Shown here one piece after another: positions 1 to 12,648 of a stretch of 64,000 bases of DNA. The notes beneath the pieces were generated by a model, which was not told the origin of the DNA, did no database searches, and saw only the letters and a program-made list of their open reading frames with translations. Both the position numbers and the translations under genes were made by a program. How positions within the stretch are numbered: the stretch's first letter is position 1; each line of letters starts with the position of its first letter. The DNA lies in NCBI RefSeq assembly GCF_963921235.1, contig NC_086097.1, positions 5,022,001 through 5,086,000 of the forward strand. The letters run 5' to 3'. Source of the stretch: Mobula hypostoma. Taxonomy: Eukaryota.

Positions 1-722
1 ATCCCTCTGCACCTTTAATGTTTGAACCTTCTCCCCACTTAGATAATAGTTCGCACTATTGTCCCTCTTACCAAAATACATTATCATACATTTCCCAACA
101 CTGTATTTCATCTGCTACTTTTTTGTCCATTTTTCCAATTTGTCTAAGTTCTGCTGCAATCACATTGCTTCCTCAGCACTACCTACCCCTCCACCTATCT
201 TCATATCATCCACAAACTTTGCCACAAAGCCATCAATTCCATTATCTAAATCATTTGCAAACAATGTGAAAAGTAGGAGTCCCAATACTGACTCCTGAGG
301 AACACCACTTGTCACTGGCAGCCAACCAGAAAAGGCCCCTTTTATCCCCACTCACTGCCTCCTGCCTGTCAGCCATTCCTCTATCCATGCCAGTATCTTT
401 CCTGTAAAGCCATAGGATTTTATTTTGTTAAGGAGCCTCATGTGTGGCACCATATCAAACACCTTCTGAAATCCCAATTAAATAACATCCACTGCCTCTC
501 CTTTGACCACTCTGTTTGTTACCTTCTCAAAGAACTTGTAACAGTTTGTCAGTCAAGGTTTCCCTTTACAGAAACTATGCTGACTTTGACTTTTTTTATC
601 ATTAGTCTCCAAGTACCTGAAAACCTAATCCTTAATAATAGACTCCAATGCTTTCCCGACTACTGAAGTTAGGCTAACTGGCCTATAATTTCCTTTCTTT
701 TGCCTTCCACCCTTCTTAAAGA
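1..722 (-). mobile_element. Old CR1-type LINE fragment (RT region, disrupted)
   Basis: ORF 160..351 has [10 protein letters not shown] and FVDD RT motifs; flanking frames broken. Confidence 0.9.
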
Positions 723-784
723 GTTTCAGTAACGTTTGATAAATATTGTAAATATTTTGTTTGATTCAGCATTCTTTGTTTATG

Positions 785-2125
785 TAGAAACATGGAAACA
801 TAGAAAACCTACAGCACAATACAGGCCCTTCGGCCCACAAAACTGTGCTGAACATGTCCCTACCTTACACTACCTAGGCTTTACCCACAGCCCTCTATTT
901 TTCGAAGCTCCATGTAGCCATCCAGGAGTCTCTTAAAAGACCCTGTCGGTTCCACCTCCACCAACACCGCTGGCAGCCCATTCCACGCACTCACCACTCT
1001 CTGTGTAAAAAACTTGCCCCTGACATCTCCTCTGTACCTACTTCCAAGTACCTTAAAACTATGCTCTCTCATGCTAGCCATTTCAGCCCTGGGGAAAAGC
1101 CTCTGACTATCCACATGATCAATGCCTCTCACTATCTTGTACACCTCTATCAAGTCACCTCTCATCTTCCGTCACTCCAGGGAGAAAAGGCCGAGTTCAC
1201 TCAACCTATTCTCAGAAGGCATGCTCCCCAATCCAGCCTTGTAGATCTCCTCTGCGCCCTTTCTATGGTTTCAATGTCCTTCCTGTAGTGAGGTAACCAA
1301 AATTAAGCACAATACTCCAAGTGGGGTCTGACCAGTGTCCTATATAGCTGCAACATTACCTCTCGGCTCTTAAACTCAATGCCACAGTTGATGAAAGCCA
1401 ATTCACCTTATGCCTTCTTAACCACAGAGTCAACCTGTGTGGCAGCTTTGAGTGTCCTATGGACCCCAAGATCCTTCTGATTCTCCACACTGCCAAGAGT
1501 CTTACCATTAATACTATATTCTGCCATCATCTTTGACCTACCAAGGTGAACCACCTCACACTTATTTGGGTTGAACTCCATTTGCCACTTCCCAGCCCAG
1601 TTTTGCATTCTATCAATATCCCCCTGTAACCTCTGACAGCCCTCCACACTAACCACAACACCCCCAACCTTTGTGTCATCAGCAAATTTACTAATCCATC
1701 TCTCCAGTTCCTCATCCAAGTCATTTATAAAAATCGTGAAGAGTAGGGGTCCCAGAACAGATCCCTGAGGCACTCCACTAGTGATCCACCTCCATGCAGA
1801 ATATGACCCATCTACAACCACTCTTTGCCTTCTGTGGGCAAGCCAGTTCTGGATCCACAAAGCAATGTCCCCTTGGATCCCATGCCTCCTTACTTTCTCA
1901 ATCAGCCTTGCATGGGGTACTTTATCAAATGCCTTGCTGAAATCCATATACACTACATCTACCGCTCTTCCTTCATCAATGTGTTTAGTCGCATCCTCAA
2001 TAAATTCAATCAGGCTCATAAGGTACGACCTGCCTTTGACAAAGCCATGCTGACTATTCCTAATCATATTATGCTCCTCCAAATGTTCATAAATCCTGCC
2101 TCTCAGGATCTTCTCCATCAACTAC
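785..2125 (-). mobile_element. 5'-truncated CR1 LINE (family A), RT to 3' tail
   Basis: ORF 1408..2121 has QHGF, DFSKAFD, GVPQGSVLGP, FADD; C-terminal RGDLIEVYK/FFTQRVV in 881..1165; (ATAGAAAC)n tail at ~785-805. Confidence 0.95.
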
Positions 2126-2290
2126 CAACATAATTCATTAGGATTATATGTAAGAGGTACAAGAATGACATACATCATTACACCACTACGTCATATGTGA
2201 GCACTTCACTAAAGAAGAAGAAACCAAGCATAACCATCGCTGCTCCTGTGTTTTTCTACCGATTTGCTTCTGGAGTTACAAAACATAACA
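2126..2290 (-). repeat. Possible short LTR-like fragment
   Basis: Minus strand begins TGTTATGTTTTGTAAC; no clear second terminus or TSD. Confidence 0.25.
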
Positions 2291-2401
2291 AAGCTCAGGG
2301 TTTTGTCTGGTGTCATAGTGGTACTTTGGTAATAAATTTACTTGGAACTTGAACTTTGAACTTTGAAACAGTAATAAAATCATAGAGCTGCAAGTTGGCA
2401 T

Positions 2402-2535
2402 AATCCTGATGAAGGGTCTGGACCCAAAATCTTGACTGCTGTTCATTTCCATAGATGCTGCCTGACCTGCTGAGTTCCTCCAGCGTGTTGTGTGTGTTGA
2501 TCTGGATTTCCAGCACCTGCAAAATCTCTTTTGTT
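2402..2535 (+). mobile_element. Penelope-like 3' terminal fragment with decayed hammerhead motif
   Basis: CTGATGAAGGGTCTGGACCCAAAATC followed by the shared GATGCTGCCTGACCTGCTGAG...CCAGCA tail. Confidence 0.8.
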
Positions 2536-2908
2536 TACAATTTTTGATACCATTGAATCAACAGCAGAGTAGCTTTTCCTGTCGTGCTCATACACAGCAG
2601 TACAGATGTATAGAATTGTACAGCTGTCTGCGCTCATTCCGTTATCAGGGCTGACTTGAAATAGGGAATCACGTTTCTATTACCGCGAGAACAATTATAA
2701 TTTATTTCATTTTGTGCTTGCTTGTAAGAATCATTACATTAATTATACCTCTGACAATTTAATATTAATTGCTTTATACATAACAAAAGAATATCTCTGA
2801 TATGATCTCAAATAAAAGCATTTGAATAATACATAAGAATTATTAACAATTCTCTTCAGTGGCTGTGGTTTGCAGATGCACTGAAGGTTACTATGGGAAA
2901 TAATGGCT

Positions 2909-3350
2909 ATTTATTTATTTAACTTATTGAGATACTGCATGAAATAGGCCCTTCTGACGCCTCGAGCTATGATTTAATCCTAGCCTAATCACAGGACAAT
3001 TTACAACGACCAATTAACCTACTAATTGGTACATCTTTGGACTGTAGAGGGAAGCTGGAGCATCTGGACAACCCACACATTCCACGGGGAGGATATACAG
3101 ACTCCTACAAAGGACTTAAACGCAAACAACAGGAATTCTGCAGATGCTGGAAATTCAAGCAACACACATCAAAGTTGCTGGTGAACGCAGCAGGCCAGGC
3201 AGCATCTCTAGGAAGAGGTGCAGTCGACGTTTCAAGCCGAGACCCTTCGTCAGGACTAACTGAAGGAAACAGAGGATGCTGGGATTGAACTCTGTACTCT
3301 GATACCCTGAGCTATAATAGTGTTGTGCTAGCCACTGTGCTACCAGCTTT
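2909..3350 (-). mobile_element. tRNA-derived V-SINE-like element interrupted by a Penelope-like fragment (~3123-3268)
   Basis: Reverse complement of V-domain-like CCAAAGA...GGTTAATTGG; head at ~3280-3345; insert identical in type to other PLE tails. Confidence 0.7.
3221..3258 (-). ncRNA. Minimal type I hammerhead ribozyme motif (PLE-associated)
   Basis: Minus strand AGTC-CTGACGA-A-GGGTCTCGGCTT-GAAAC-GTC-GACT. Confidence 0.75.
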
Positions 3351-3420
3351 ATTTCATTTGTAAAGGGAATTTGCATATATTACAAAATAATATAAATATC
3401 TTTCTGTGTTTGAAACAAAT

Positions 3421-4096
3421 GGAGGGAGGAGAAGATAGCGGTGCGACACAGTGCGCGCGGCTGCTCCAGAAATGATATCGGTATTTGTTAAGTAGGTACC
3501 GTGCACAATTCTGATTTGATGGAGACAGACGTGAGAGCATGGAGGAACATCTGGAGAAACTTCTGAAATACCCGGTTCGCTGCCACTGCTACTGTGTGAT
3601 CCGGAATCTCCGGAGAAGGCCTCTGAATCCTCGGCTTTACTTGTTTTGGTGGCCGGGGTGAGGTTGAAGGCGCTCGGCAGAGGATGGCGCTCTGGAGGCT
3701 GTATTGGAGGGTCTGGTTGGAGGCTCGAAGTTTTCGGATGGACTCAGAGTTGGCTGTCGGGTGCTTCCATGCATCGGCAGTTGTCAGTTTTCGGTGCCTG
3801 GAGCTTTATGACAGGGAGAGTTTCTCCCTTTTGCCGCCTGCTATCGGGGACTATCGGAGTCGATCAGGACTTGAGACTTTTTTTACCATGCCCATGGTCT
3901 GCTCTTCATCAAATTATGGTATTGTTTTGCGCTGCTGTAACTATATGTTATAATTATGTGGTTTTGTCAGTGTTAGTCTTTGGTTTGTCCCTTTTTTTGA
4001 TATCACTGGAGAAACATTGTATCATTTTTTAATGCATGCATTTCTAAATGACAATAAATGAGGACTAAGTGTCCTCATAATCTAATCTAATCTAAA
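3421..4096 (+). mobile_element. Non-autonomous retroposon with AATAAA and (TAATC)n tail
   Basis: GC-rich head, AATAAA near 4053, TAATCTAATCTAATCTAA tail; inverted relative at 5345-5942. Confidence 0.75.
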
Positions 4097-5344
4097 TTGC
4101 TTGAAAACATTTTAAATATAAGAATGAATAAGTTTGAAGCAATAGGCTTCTGTGGCCTCGGTGGAACATTTTAGTGTAAACTTCATGCTAATTAGGTATT
4201 TGGTTCATTGCTGAACTATCTATTGAGCTCTTCAGGTTCGTGCAGGGAGCTGGAGAGCATTGGTTGCTGATGTTTGTAGAGCACCTGAATTGGTTAATTG
4301 TTGTTTATTAAGAATCTAGAATCATTCAGAATTCCTTGTGTATTTTTTCTCAAGCAATTCAGTTTTTGCAATGTGGTCCTTCTGGTCTCCTGGTGCCTTC
4401 TGCTTAAACTTGCTAAATTTACTTTGATAGGCTCAGGAATTCTGTGTTACTTGCATTATTTAAGCAGATACCCAATGAGTGCTAATCGTGGGATCCTAGT
4501 TTTGAGAATGTTAAACCTCGTGGAGTCATTCAGCTGAGCCACTGATGTTCTGTTGGAACTTTTATGAATAAATTCTGGTCGTCATCTGTGCATTGGAACC
4601 TGATTTTCATCTGCACTTGACTTCCAACAATGCAGGGGAAATCGTGACAATTATCCAATTTCATTGAATCTGAGAAGCAGATTCATTACCTAACTCATAG
4701 TGTGGAAGCGGCAGTAGGGCAAGAGTTAAAGTCGATGTCCAGGAAGCAGATCAAAGTGCAGACAGCACAGGCAAGAAAGGTCTTTGAAAATCATAATTTC
4801 CCTTTGCACACCAGGGGTCTAGAGATGAGATAAGTGATTAAATGCACACACAACAACTAAGGGAGAATTGCTTCACTAACTTCAAAGTATCATCAGTTGT
4901 CAGCTTGTAGTTTCTATTGACTTTTAACATCTTCATTGTGAATGGCGATTGTTCTTGCAAGTAAGGAATTCAAACACACTTAGTTTACCAATGGTCACTA
5001 TCCGTACTGCCAGTTAGTTCTGTACTATATAAAAATAGCATTTCTCTGCTCAGAATTCAGAACAGTGTGGTGACATGGGCCATGCTGTTCTCCTTGTGCA
5101 CAAGTAAAATAGAGAATGTTTGAGTAGTAAATGTGCAAGTTCTGGGTCCATTTATCAGCAATGACAATTATATCTGTTGCAGTTTCTTCACCAATTTCCC
5201 ACATCCATGTAATATTTACTTTTTCAGAAGTTATTTATTCATTCTCATTTTAAATGTTGCTGTTCCTCACCTGGTAGCCCAAGAGCTATTTCCCTGTCCA
5301 TTCCATAAAGGAAAGAAATCTCCCTGAAGTCCTGATCTTTAAGG

Positions 5345-5942
5345 ATTAGATTAGATTAGATTATGAGGACACGCAGTCCTCTTTTATTGTCATTTAGTAA
5401 TGCATGCACTAAGAAATGATACAATTTGTTCCTCCAGAATGATGTCACGGAAACACAAGACAAACCAAGACTAAAATAAATGAGAACCACATAATTATAA
5501 CATATAGTTACAACAGTGCAAAGCAATACCGTAATTTGATGAAGAACAGACCATGGGAACGGTAAAAAAAAGTCTCAAAGTCTCTCAAAAGTTCCATCAT
5601 CTCACGCAGACAGTTGAATGGAGAAACTCTCTTTGCCATGAGCTTCCAGCACTGCAAACTTGCCGATGCAGCATCCTGGAAGCACCCGACCACAGTCCAA
5701 CTCTGATTCCCTCCGAAAACTTCGAGTTCCGACCAGCCCTCCAATGCCAAGCACCGAGCATCATCCCCGGCCCCGGCAACAGGCAAGGATTTGGGGCCTT
5801 CCCCTCTGGAGATTCTCAATCGCACAGTAGCAGCGGCAGTGAAGCAGGCATTTCAGAAGTTTCTCCGGATGTTCCTTCGTGCTTCTCACGTCCGTCTCCA
5901 TCAAATCAGGATTGTGCATGGCCCCTATTTAAAAAATACGAT
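5345..5942 (-). mobile_element. Second copy of the (TAATC)n-tailed non-autonomous retroposon
   Basis: (GATTA)n at ~5344-5362; reverse-complement similarity to 3480-4096. Confidence 0.75.
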
Positions 5943-6039
5943 AAAGATTAATGGAAGTGGAAAAGCCCGACCTTTATGGATCCCACTTGCATAACTGTAG
6001 GGAAGGTGGAATCAAGGTATGCAAACATTCTCAAACTGT

Positions 6040-6360
6040 TCAAAGGTCAAAGTACATTTACTATCAAAGTAGCTATACCATATACAACCTTGAGAGTCAT
6101 CTTCTGGCAAGCGGCTACCCAACAGAAACACAATATAATCAAAAAAAATCACCACATCATAAAGACCATCAAACACTCAAAGTGTGAAAAAAAAGAACAA
6201 ATTGTTCAAACAATTAAAAAAAGTAAGCAGATAATGCACAGAACATGAACTGCGAAGTCCCCAAAAGTGGATTCGCAGCCACAGAGCGAGTTTGCTCAGG
6301 AAAGTGCAGATGGCTACAGGCCACAACTGCAGCGTCAGTTCAGTACTGAGGCAGGTGAGG
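6040..6360 (-). mobile_element. Rex1/Babar-type 3' UTR fragment
   Basis: Similar to 11685-11925, which is contiguous with Rex1 RT C-terminus; relatives at 27230-27600 and 33985-34400. Confidence 0.55.
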
Positions 6361-6904
6361 CTGCACTCGTCTGCACGGATCTTGAAAATGGCACAAGAGG
6401 AGAAGGAAGACACAGTGATACAAGAGTAGTGCTATTATCTCACAGCTGCAGTAACATGGGCTTGATACTGACCTCCAGTGCCGCAGGGGTGACGTTCGAG
6501 TGTTCTCCCTGTGACTACATTAATGGAAGGAAATGATGCTCCCATTTCCATCCACATCCTACAGCCCAAAGATGAACTGGCTAGCAGGTTAGTTCTGGAG
6601 TTGGTGGGTACTAGCGGCAGAAGAGTGTGGTGGCTCATCCAGACCAGCTGATGAGGCAACCAGTCCCATGGTACATCTGCAGAAATTTGTGAATGTCTTT
6701 GGTGACACACTAAAGCACTTGAAACTCCTAATGAAATATAGCTGCTGTCATGCCTTCTTTGTAATTGCATCAATATGTTGGGCTCAGGATAGGTCTTCAG
6801 AGATCCTGACAATCAGGAACATAAAACCTTAATTTTAAAAAGACTAAATCCAAATACTGATTCCACCTATTAAGTTCCTCTTCCAAAAGGACCACAACCT
6901 TGTC

Positions 6905-7604
6905 ATAGGATTTGGTGGTTTGGGTGCCTCGGTGACCCCGGAGAACTATTTTGGCTGGAGTCAGGGGCGTGTGCTTTGGCTCCTGGTAAGGTCACTCATG
7001 ATAATTAGGTCAAAGGGTAGAGGCCAGACTAAGAGTGGTCCACCAGTCCTCCAGGTTTGGGGGTTCAGCTCAGGGTTAACAATCCTGACTGTCCAAACAA
7101 AACTGTTATGGAAACAGCAATGAATAGTCCTTCTACATCTGCGAGCTTAGGAAGATGATGGCATCTAACAGCAACTCCTTTACTTGCATCTTCTGTATTT
7201 CTACCTTTGATATCTCTTCTTTCCCCTTTCAAGGTTCTTTTCATAACCCTGGAGTTACAAGCTGACTTCGGTTCCTTGCGAAAATGGGACCCACTCTCAG
7301 GGCCTCACAACCAGCCGCTTCTCGATATGTCAAGGTTGCGGCCTAGAAGACGAGCACGCCTTCAGGGTGCTGGATTTTCGTGGCTCTGGAGGCGGGCGGA
7401 TTCATGGTCAGTGCTGCCACCTGATGTGTTGTAGGAGACAGAAGATCGTAAGCAGCAAGCTGGCTGCTGGCTGTGTACCCAGGGACTCAAGTTCTTTGGG
7501 CACAGAGCTTGGAAAAAGCGATGCAACAGACTTTTAACATCGTAAATCAGTGAGTTATTTTGTGATGCCTCCCCTCTCGCTGTGAAACGGGACACCTCTT
7601 TCTC

Positions 7605-7641
<37 letters not shown>

Positions 7642-7702
7642 TTATAGTGAGAGGGAGAGAGGGAGAGGGAGAGGGAGAGGGAGAGGGAGAGGGAGAGGGA
7701 GA

Positions 7703-7733
<31 letters not shown>

Positions 7734-8205
7734 AATACTGGGTGAACAAGTAGTCTTTGGGGTACTGCAAGTCTGTGTCTTTATTGATGCTTTGCTGTGT
7801 GCTTGAGTGCTCGGTGGGGGGGGTGCTAATGCTTTTCTGTTGGTGGGGGGGGTCATTACCTTGTTGCTACTTGTGTGTGGGAGGGGAGAGTGGGGGGGCT
7901 TTGGGGTTCTAATGTTTAACTGTCATTCATTCTTTAGGGCACCCCTCTGTTTTTGTGGACTTTTGCAAAGTAAAAGAATCTCAGGATGTATATAGTGTAC
8001 ATTTCCCTGACATTAAACGTATCTTTGAACCTATTGCGTGCAACGGTGTTCCTGAGTCTCCACCCAGGACTTGTATAACTGACAGTAGTGAAAACTGAGA
8101 GGGAGCTACTGACGCGATGAAGGAAACCCTGAACACCGACAGAGATGGAGGAGCTTCATTACTGTCCAAAACGTCAGCGGCGTAACGGGCAGTAAGGAAG
8201 CAATA
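6905..8205 (+). mobile_element. RTE-type non-autonomous element (6905-7142 and ~8035-8205) split by nested retroposons (~7143-8030)
   Basis: RTE-like 5' UTR motif GTCCTCCAGGTTTGGGGGTT...AACAATCC; nested part resembles 51970-52480 in reverse. Confidence 0.5.
7607..7728. repeat. (GT)n, (GAGAGG)n and (GA)n microsatellites
   Basis: Directly visible. Confidence 0.95.
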
Positions 8206-8614
8206 CATGCCTCACTGTTGCATTAACCATTGGGTCTCAAGATAAAGAGCCAGAGTCATTTTTATTGTAGGAGTACACAGCTTCAGTAAGAGAGGGGTCA
8301 CAGCTGTGCTGCTGCTAGGAGTGTCACAGCTTAGTTCTTCATAAATTACACTCCAGAAGTGAAGACAGTCAACCGATTGCCATTTCCCCCTTCCTAAAAG
8401 ACTGATTGCGAGTGTTGAGTGTGATCATTGATTTGACAACGAACTATACATGTATGACTGACAAACACTCAGACAGAAGTTCTTTTTAAACACAATGCCT
8501 GTTGCTCAGGAGGAAGTTAATGAGGTCATGAATTGAAATTTACTTTCCTCTTTTTAAGAAGACAACAAAGTCAAACTGGCATTTAAAAAATAGTAGTAAT
8601 TATAACTTATATAT

Positions 8615-9150
8615 TTGGGTGACAGGTGGAGAGACGTCTCTATCAAAGGAGTGTAAGGCACTCCATCCTCCCACTAGTCTGCAGGTCACCCTTAGGCAAG
8701 ATGTAGCACCTGCTTAGCCCCACCCCACCCCACCCCACCCCACCCCACCCCACCCCACCCCACCCCACCCCATCCCATCCCATCCCATCCCATCCCATCC
8801 CATCCCATCCCATCCCATCCCATCCCATCCCATCCCATCCCATCCCATCCCATCCCATCCCATCCCATCCCATCCCATCCCATCCGTGTAATGTGAAGCC
8901 ACAGGAGCAGGTGGTGGATGGTCGTATGAGCAGCTGGTGCATATCACAAGTCCTGGTTATGTGACCACTGATGCCAGGCAGACAATCTCTGAAGAGTGTT
9001 GTTAATGGTTGGGGTTATCCTTCTTGTAAAGACACTGCCCAGCAGAAAGCAATGGTAAATAACTTCTGCAGAAAAACTTGTCAAGAAAAATTGTGGTCAA
9101 AGACCATGACCACCTATGTTATATGACATGACACATAATGATAATGATGA
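8615..9150 (+). mobile_element. SINE-like element with (ATG/ATA)n tail, carrying an internal pentanucleotide array
   Basis: 3' part repeated at ~10248-10372; tail ATAATGATAATGATGA. Confidence 0.6.
8717..8885. repeat. Compound (CCCCA)n-(CCCAT)n pentanucleotide array
   Basis: Directly visible; source of the spurious MGWDG-repeat ORFs. Confidence 0.97.
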
Positions 9151-9202
9151 ATCCATTGAACTTGATAGTTTTTTGGTAACGGCTGGGGTCACCCATCTTA
9201 TC

Positions 9203-10248
9203 ATAGGACCATAAGACATGGGAGCAGAATTAGGCTATTCGGCTTATCGAGTCCATTCCACCATTCCATCATTGCTGATCCCGGATCCCACTCAACACCA
9301 TACATACACCTGCCCTCTCACCATACCCCTGATGGCCCAACCAATCAGGAATCCATCAACTTCTGCTTCAAATATACCCACAAACTTGGTCTTAACTGCA
9401 GAATGTGGCAGAGTATTCCACAGATTCTACTCTTTAAAATATAGAAACATAGAAAACCTACAGCACAATACAGACCCTTCAGCCCACAAAGCTGTGCCGA
9501 ACATGTCCTTACCTGAGAAATTACCTAGGGTTACCCATAGCCCTCTATTTTTCTGAGATCCAAATACCTGTCCAGGGGTCTCTTAAAAGAAAAATTGGCT
9601 AAACAAATTCCTCCTTATGTCTATTATTGTCAGTACCTCCAGTTGAACTCTGTCCTTTTGTGTGTTTTCTCCCTAGCCATCAGTCTGTGGTTTTGTATTG
9701 TTTTGTGCTCTTGTTTGATTTCATGCCCCATATGCTTCTGTCTCCATTCCTGCTCTACTCCGGCCCCTTTATTACTGACTACTCCACCTGTCACCTGTTT
9801 CTCATTATTACCTGTATTGCTGTCACCTGTGTCTCATTGTGCTCCACCTATCATCTGCCTCTCTGTTTACTGCTCAGTGTATTTCAGTCCTGTGTTTTCA
9901 CCTGTTTGTTGCTAGATTATGCCAGGTGAGTTTTCCTGAGCCTTTCCAGCATTTGTATCTGAACTCTGTCCATCTGAATATTGACTCTGCCTGTTTCCTG
10001 ACTCTGGTTTTTGGATTTCTCTGGAACTTTTGATCTCCACCTGAACTTTGACACTGACTTTGTTGCCTCTCTGGATTTGCTACTCAGGAAATATCACAGT
10101 GCGTGCAGTACTTAGTCTGTGATTGGATTCCCTGCTTCAGCGTCCTGACGATTATAAAAGGTCACCCCTCAAGTTTGAGGCTGTACCCCCTCGTTCTGGA
10201 TACCCCCACCAAAGGAAACATTCTCTTTGCATTCACCTTATCTAGTCT
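9203..10248 (-). mobile_element. Old CR1 3' end, interrupted by a short family-A CR1 tail (~9440-9590) and a solo LTR
   Basis: CATAGGACCATAAGACAT tail; CR1 3' sequence resumes after 10155. Confidence 0.75.
9628..10150 (+). mobile_element. Solo LTR (Gypsy-type probable)
   Basis: Termini TGTCAG...CTGACG; 5-bp TSD ATTAT at 9623-9627 and 10151-10155; strand tentative. Confidence 0.85.
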
Positions 10249-10651
10249 TGTAAAGTCACTGCCCAGAAGAAGGCAATAGCAAACCACTTCTGTAGAAAAA
10301 TTTACCAAAAACAATCACGATTATGGAAAGACCATGGTCACCCAGGTCATATGACATGGCATATAATAAATGAACACATTTATTTATAGAGCATTTTCAA
10401 TACAGATGATGTAGTTCAAAGTGTTTTACAATGGGATAAAGTGCAAACATGAAAATAAAAGACAAAAAGATGTCAATTACAAGCAAGTTTAAATAAATAT
10501 GTTATTAATTCATTGTTTATTAAGCAAGAAATGTCTTTGGTGCTAAATAAAATATCTATATTTGGATCGTCCAATCCAACAGGCCTTTTCTCTTCCCCAT
10601 CAATATTGGCTGCTTTTGACAACCTATTACTTCTTGGCTATCCTGTGTTAG

Positions 10652-10885
10652 TCTCTATATAGTGTCTCTATAATTACCTCACGAAGAAAATGCAGGAAGA
10701 AAAACAAGCATAACAAACCTGTGGAACAATTACACAGTCATTATTATGGTTCTGATAATGTAGAGCCAATTAACCTAGAGGGCAAGACTATGGTTGCTGG
10801 GTTCCCTCGGGAGCCATTTTGTAAAGATGTTGGAACTCAAGAGCAAGATTTAACAAAAGGATCCATCCTGTATTACAATAATTAA
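10652..10885 (+). CDS. Candidate terminal coding exon of an unidentified host gene (possible cytoplasmic tail of a membrane protein)
   Basis: 77 open codons in unique sequence after pyrimidine tract + AG (10650-51 or 10661-62): ...VSIITSRRKCRKKNKHNKPVEQLHSHYYGSDNVEPINLEGK...SILYYNN*; AATAAA at 11126. Confidence 0.3.
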   Translation, partial: SLYSVSIITSRRKCRKKNKHNKPVEQLHSHYYGSDNVEPINLEGKTMVAGFPREPFCKDVGTQEQDLTKGSILYYNN

Positions 10886-11404
10886 TTTATATTATGTCTC
10901 ATTTATCTTAAGATCTATAATTATAAGTCCATGACTGAAAAATTGCAGGCACAGCTGACAATGTAGTTAACATGGTGCAAACACAGTCATAGGGCAGGAG
11001 AGACGTACCTTTGGGTTAGTCAGTTTTTTACTTACAGATTAAATTATTGGTACTAACCATAAAATTACATTTTATGCCTTGTTGCACTGATTAAGTTCTG
11101 TTCCTGTGCTGAACTAGAATTGAATAATAAATGTTTGTGTGCCAAAACACTGAAACGGGTGGACGTGGAATTGACTGAAAATGTTATGGAAAACAGATGC
11201 TGGTGGAATAGTGCAGATACATACAGGTTAAATGTCATAGTCAGGTTAAAATAAGAAACAGCAGAGATCATGGAAGGAGAGCGAGAGAAGGAAGAGAGAG
11301 CGAGAAGTAAAGAAAGTGAGAAAGGAGAGAGAGAGATTGAATGGATGTGAGGTGTTTTTTTGAATAGTGAATCACTTTCTGAAATTCTGAATGAAATGAG
11401 AGAG

Positions 11405-11635
11405 TAAAACACACAAAATGCGGGAGGAAATGAAAACAGTCAACGTTTCGGGTCGAGGCCCTTCCTCAGGACTAGAAAGGAAGGGCGAAGATCTCTTTCA
11501 ATCCTGAAGAACGGTCTCAGCATAAAACATTGACTGCTTATCTGTTTTCATAGATGCTGCCTGAACTGCTAAGTTCCTCCAGCATTTTGTGTCTGCCGTC
11601 CTGGATTTTCAGCATCTGCAGAATCTCTTGTCTTT
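11405..11635. mobile_element. Short palindromic Penelope-like remnant with two opposed hammerhead motifs
   Basis: Minus motif 11437-11473 (CTGAGGA...GAAACGTT); decayed plus motif ~11501-11536. Confidence 0.75.
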
Positions 11636-11684
11636 ATAATAAAATGAGGGAAATGTCATTCAATGCTAAGATGCACAGGTTCAT

Positions 11685-12600
11685 CATTCAAAGTAAAGTT
11701 ATTATGAAACTACATTCTGTATGTCACCACGTACAACTTTGAGATTCATTTTCTTGCAGGCATTCACAGTAAATCCAAGAAACACAAAAGGAATAATGAA
11801 AGACCACACCCAACATGACCAATGTGCAAAAGACAACAAACTCTTGTACATACAAGAGAGAAAAAAATACATATATATATTTCAATGATAGGGCAAGTCC
11901 AGCCGAGTGAAGTTATCCCCTCTGCTTCAAGAGCCTGATGGTTGAGGGGTAATAGCTGTTCCTGAACTTGGTGGTGTGGGTCCTAAGGCTCCTGTACCTC
12001 CTTCCTGATGACAGCAGTAAGAAGAGAGCACGTCCTGCATGGTGGGTTCCGAGATGATGGATGCTGCTTTCCTGTGAGAGTGTTCGGTGTAGACATGCTC
12101 AATGGTAGGGAAGGCTTTACCCATGATGGACTGGGCCATATCCGATACTTTCCGCAGGCTTTTCCATTCAAGTGCCTGATGCTTCCATTCCAGACTGTGA
12201 TGCAACCAGTCAATACACTCTGCACCACACAGCTAGAAAAGTTTGTCAAAATTTTAGATGACATGCTGAACCTTCGCAAACTCCTAAGGAAGTAAAGATG
12301 CTGCCGTGCTTTCTTCATAATTGCACATACATGCAATTATTCCAGGTCCTCTGAAATGATGAGACTGGGGAATTTAAAGTTTCCGACCCTGTCCACCTCT
12401 GATCGCTTGATGAGGACTGACTCATGGATCTGGTTTCCTCCTCCCAAAGTCAATAACTAGCTCCTTGGTCTTGCTATGTATTGAGCGAGAGGTTGTAGTT
12501 GTGGCACCACTCAGCCTGATTTTCAATCTCCCTCGTATATACCGATAGGTCACCACCTTGATTCAGCCAATGACAGTGGTGTTGTCGGCAAACTTAAATT
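11685..12600 (-). mobile_element. Rex1/Babar LINE 3' fragment
   Basis: ORF 11983..12336 KKARQHLYFLRSLRRF...SVLTGCITVW; FADNTT-like motif near 12575-12592. Confidence 0.85.
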
Positions 12601-12612
12601 AATTAAATTCAT

Positions 12613-12648
12613 CAGTCCTGATGAAGGCTGCAGCCCGAAACGTTGACT
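12613..12648 (+). ncRNA. Minimal hammerhead motif at start of a PLE tail fragment (to ~12712)
   Basis: AGTC-CTGATGA-A-GGCTGCAGCCC-GAAAC-GTT-GACT. Confidence 0.7.

Noticed and set aside
4648..4833. ~60-codon open frame in unique sequence
   Set aside because: No convincing splice signals or recognisable motif; length expected by chance
7020..7090. Possible HDV-like ribozyme in the RTE-type 5' UTR
   Set aside because: Only a partial P1-like pairing found; could not build the nested double pseudoknot
8643..8947. MGWDG/GVGWG repeat ORFs
   Set aside because: Translations of a pentanucleotide microsatellite
10719..10867. Minus-strand segment flanked by CAG and GTTTGT resembling an internal exon
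   Set aside because: Stops in all three frames; only a UTR exon is possible and unsupported
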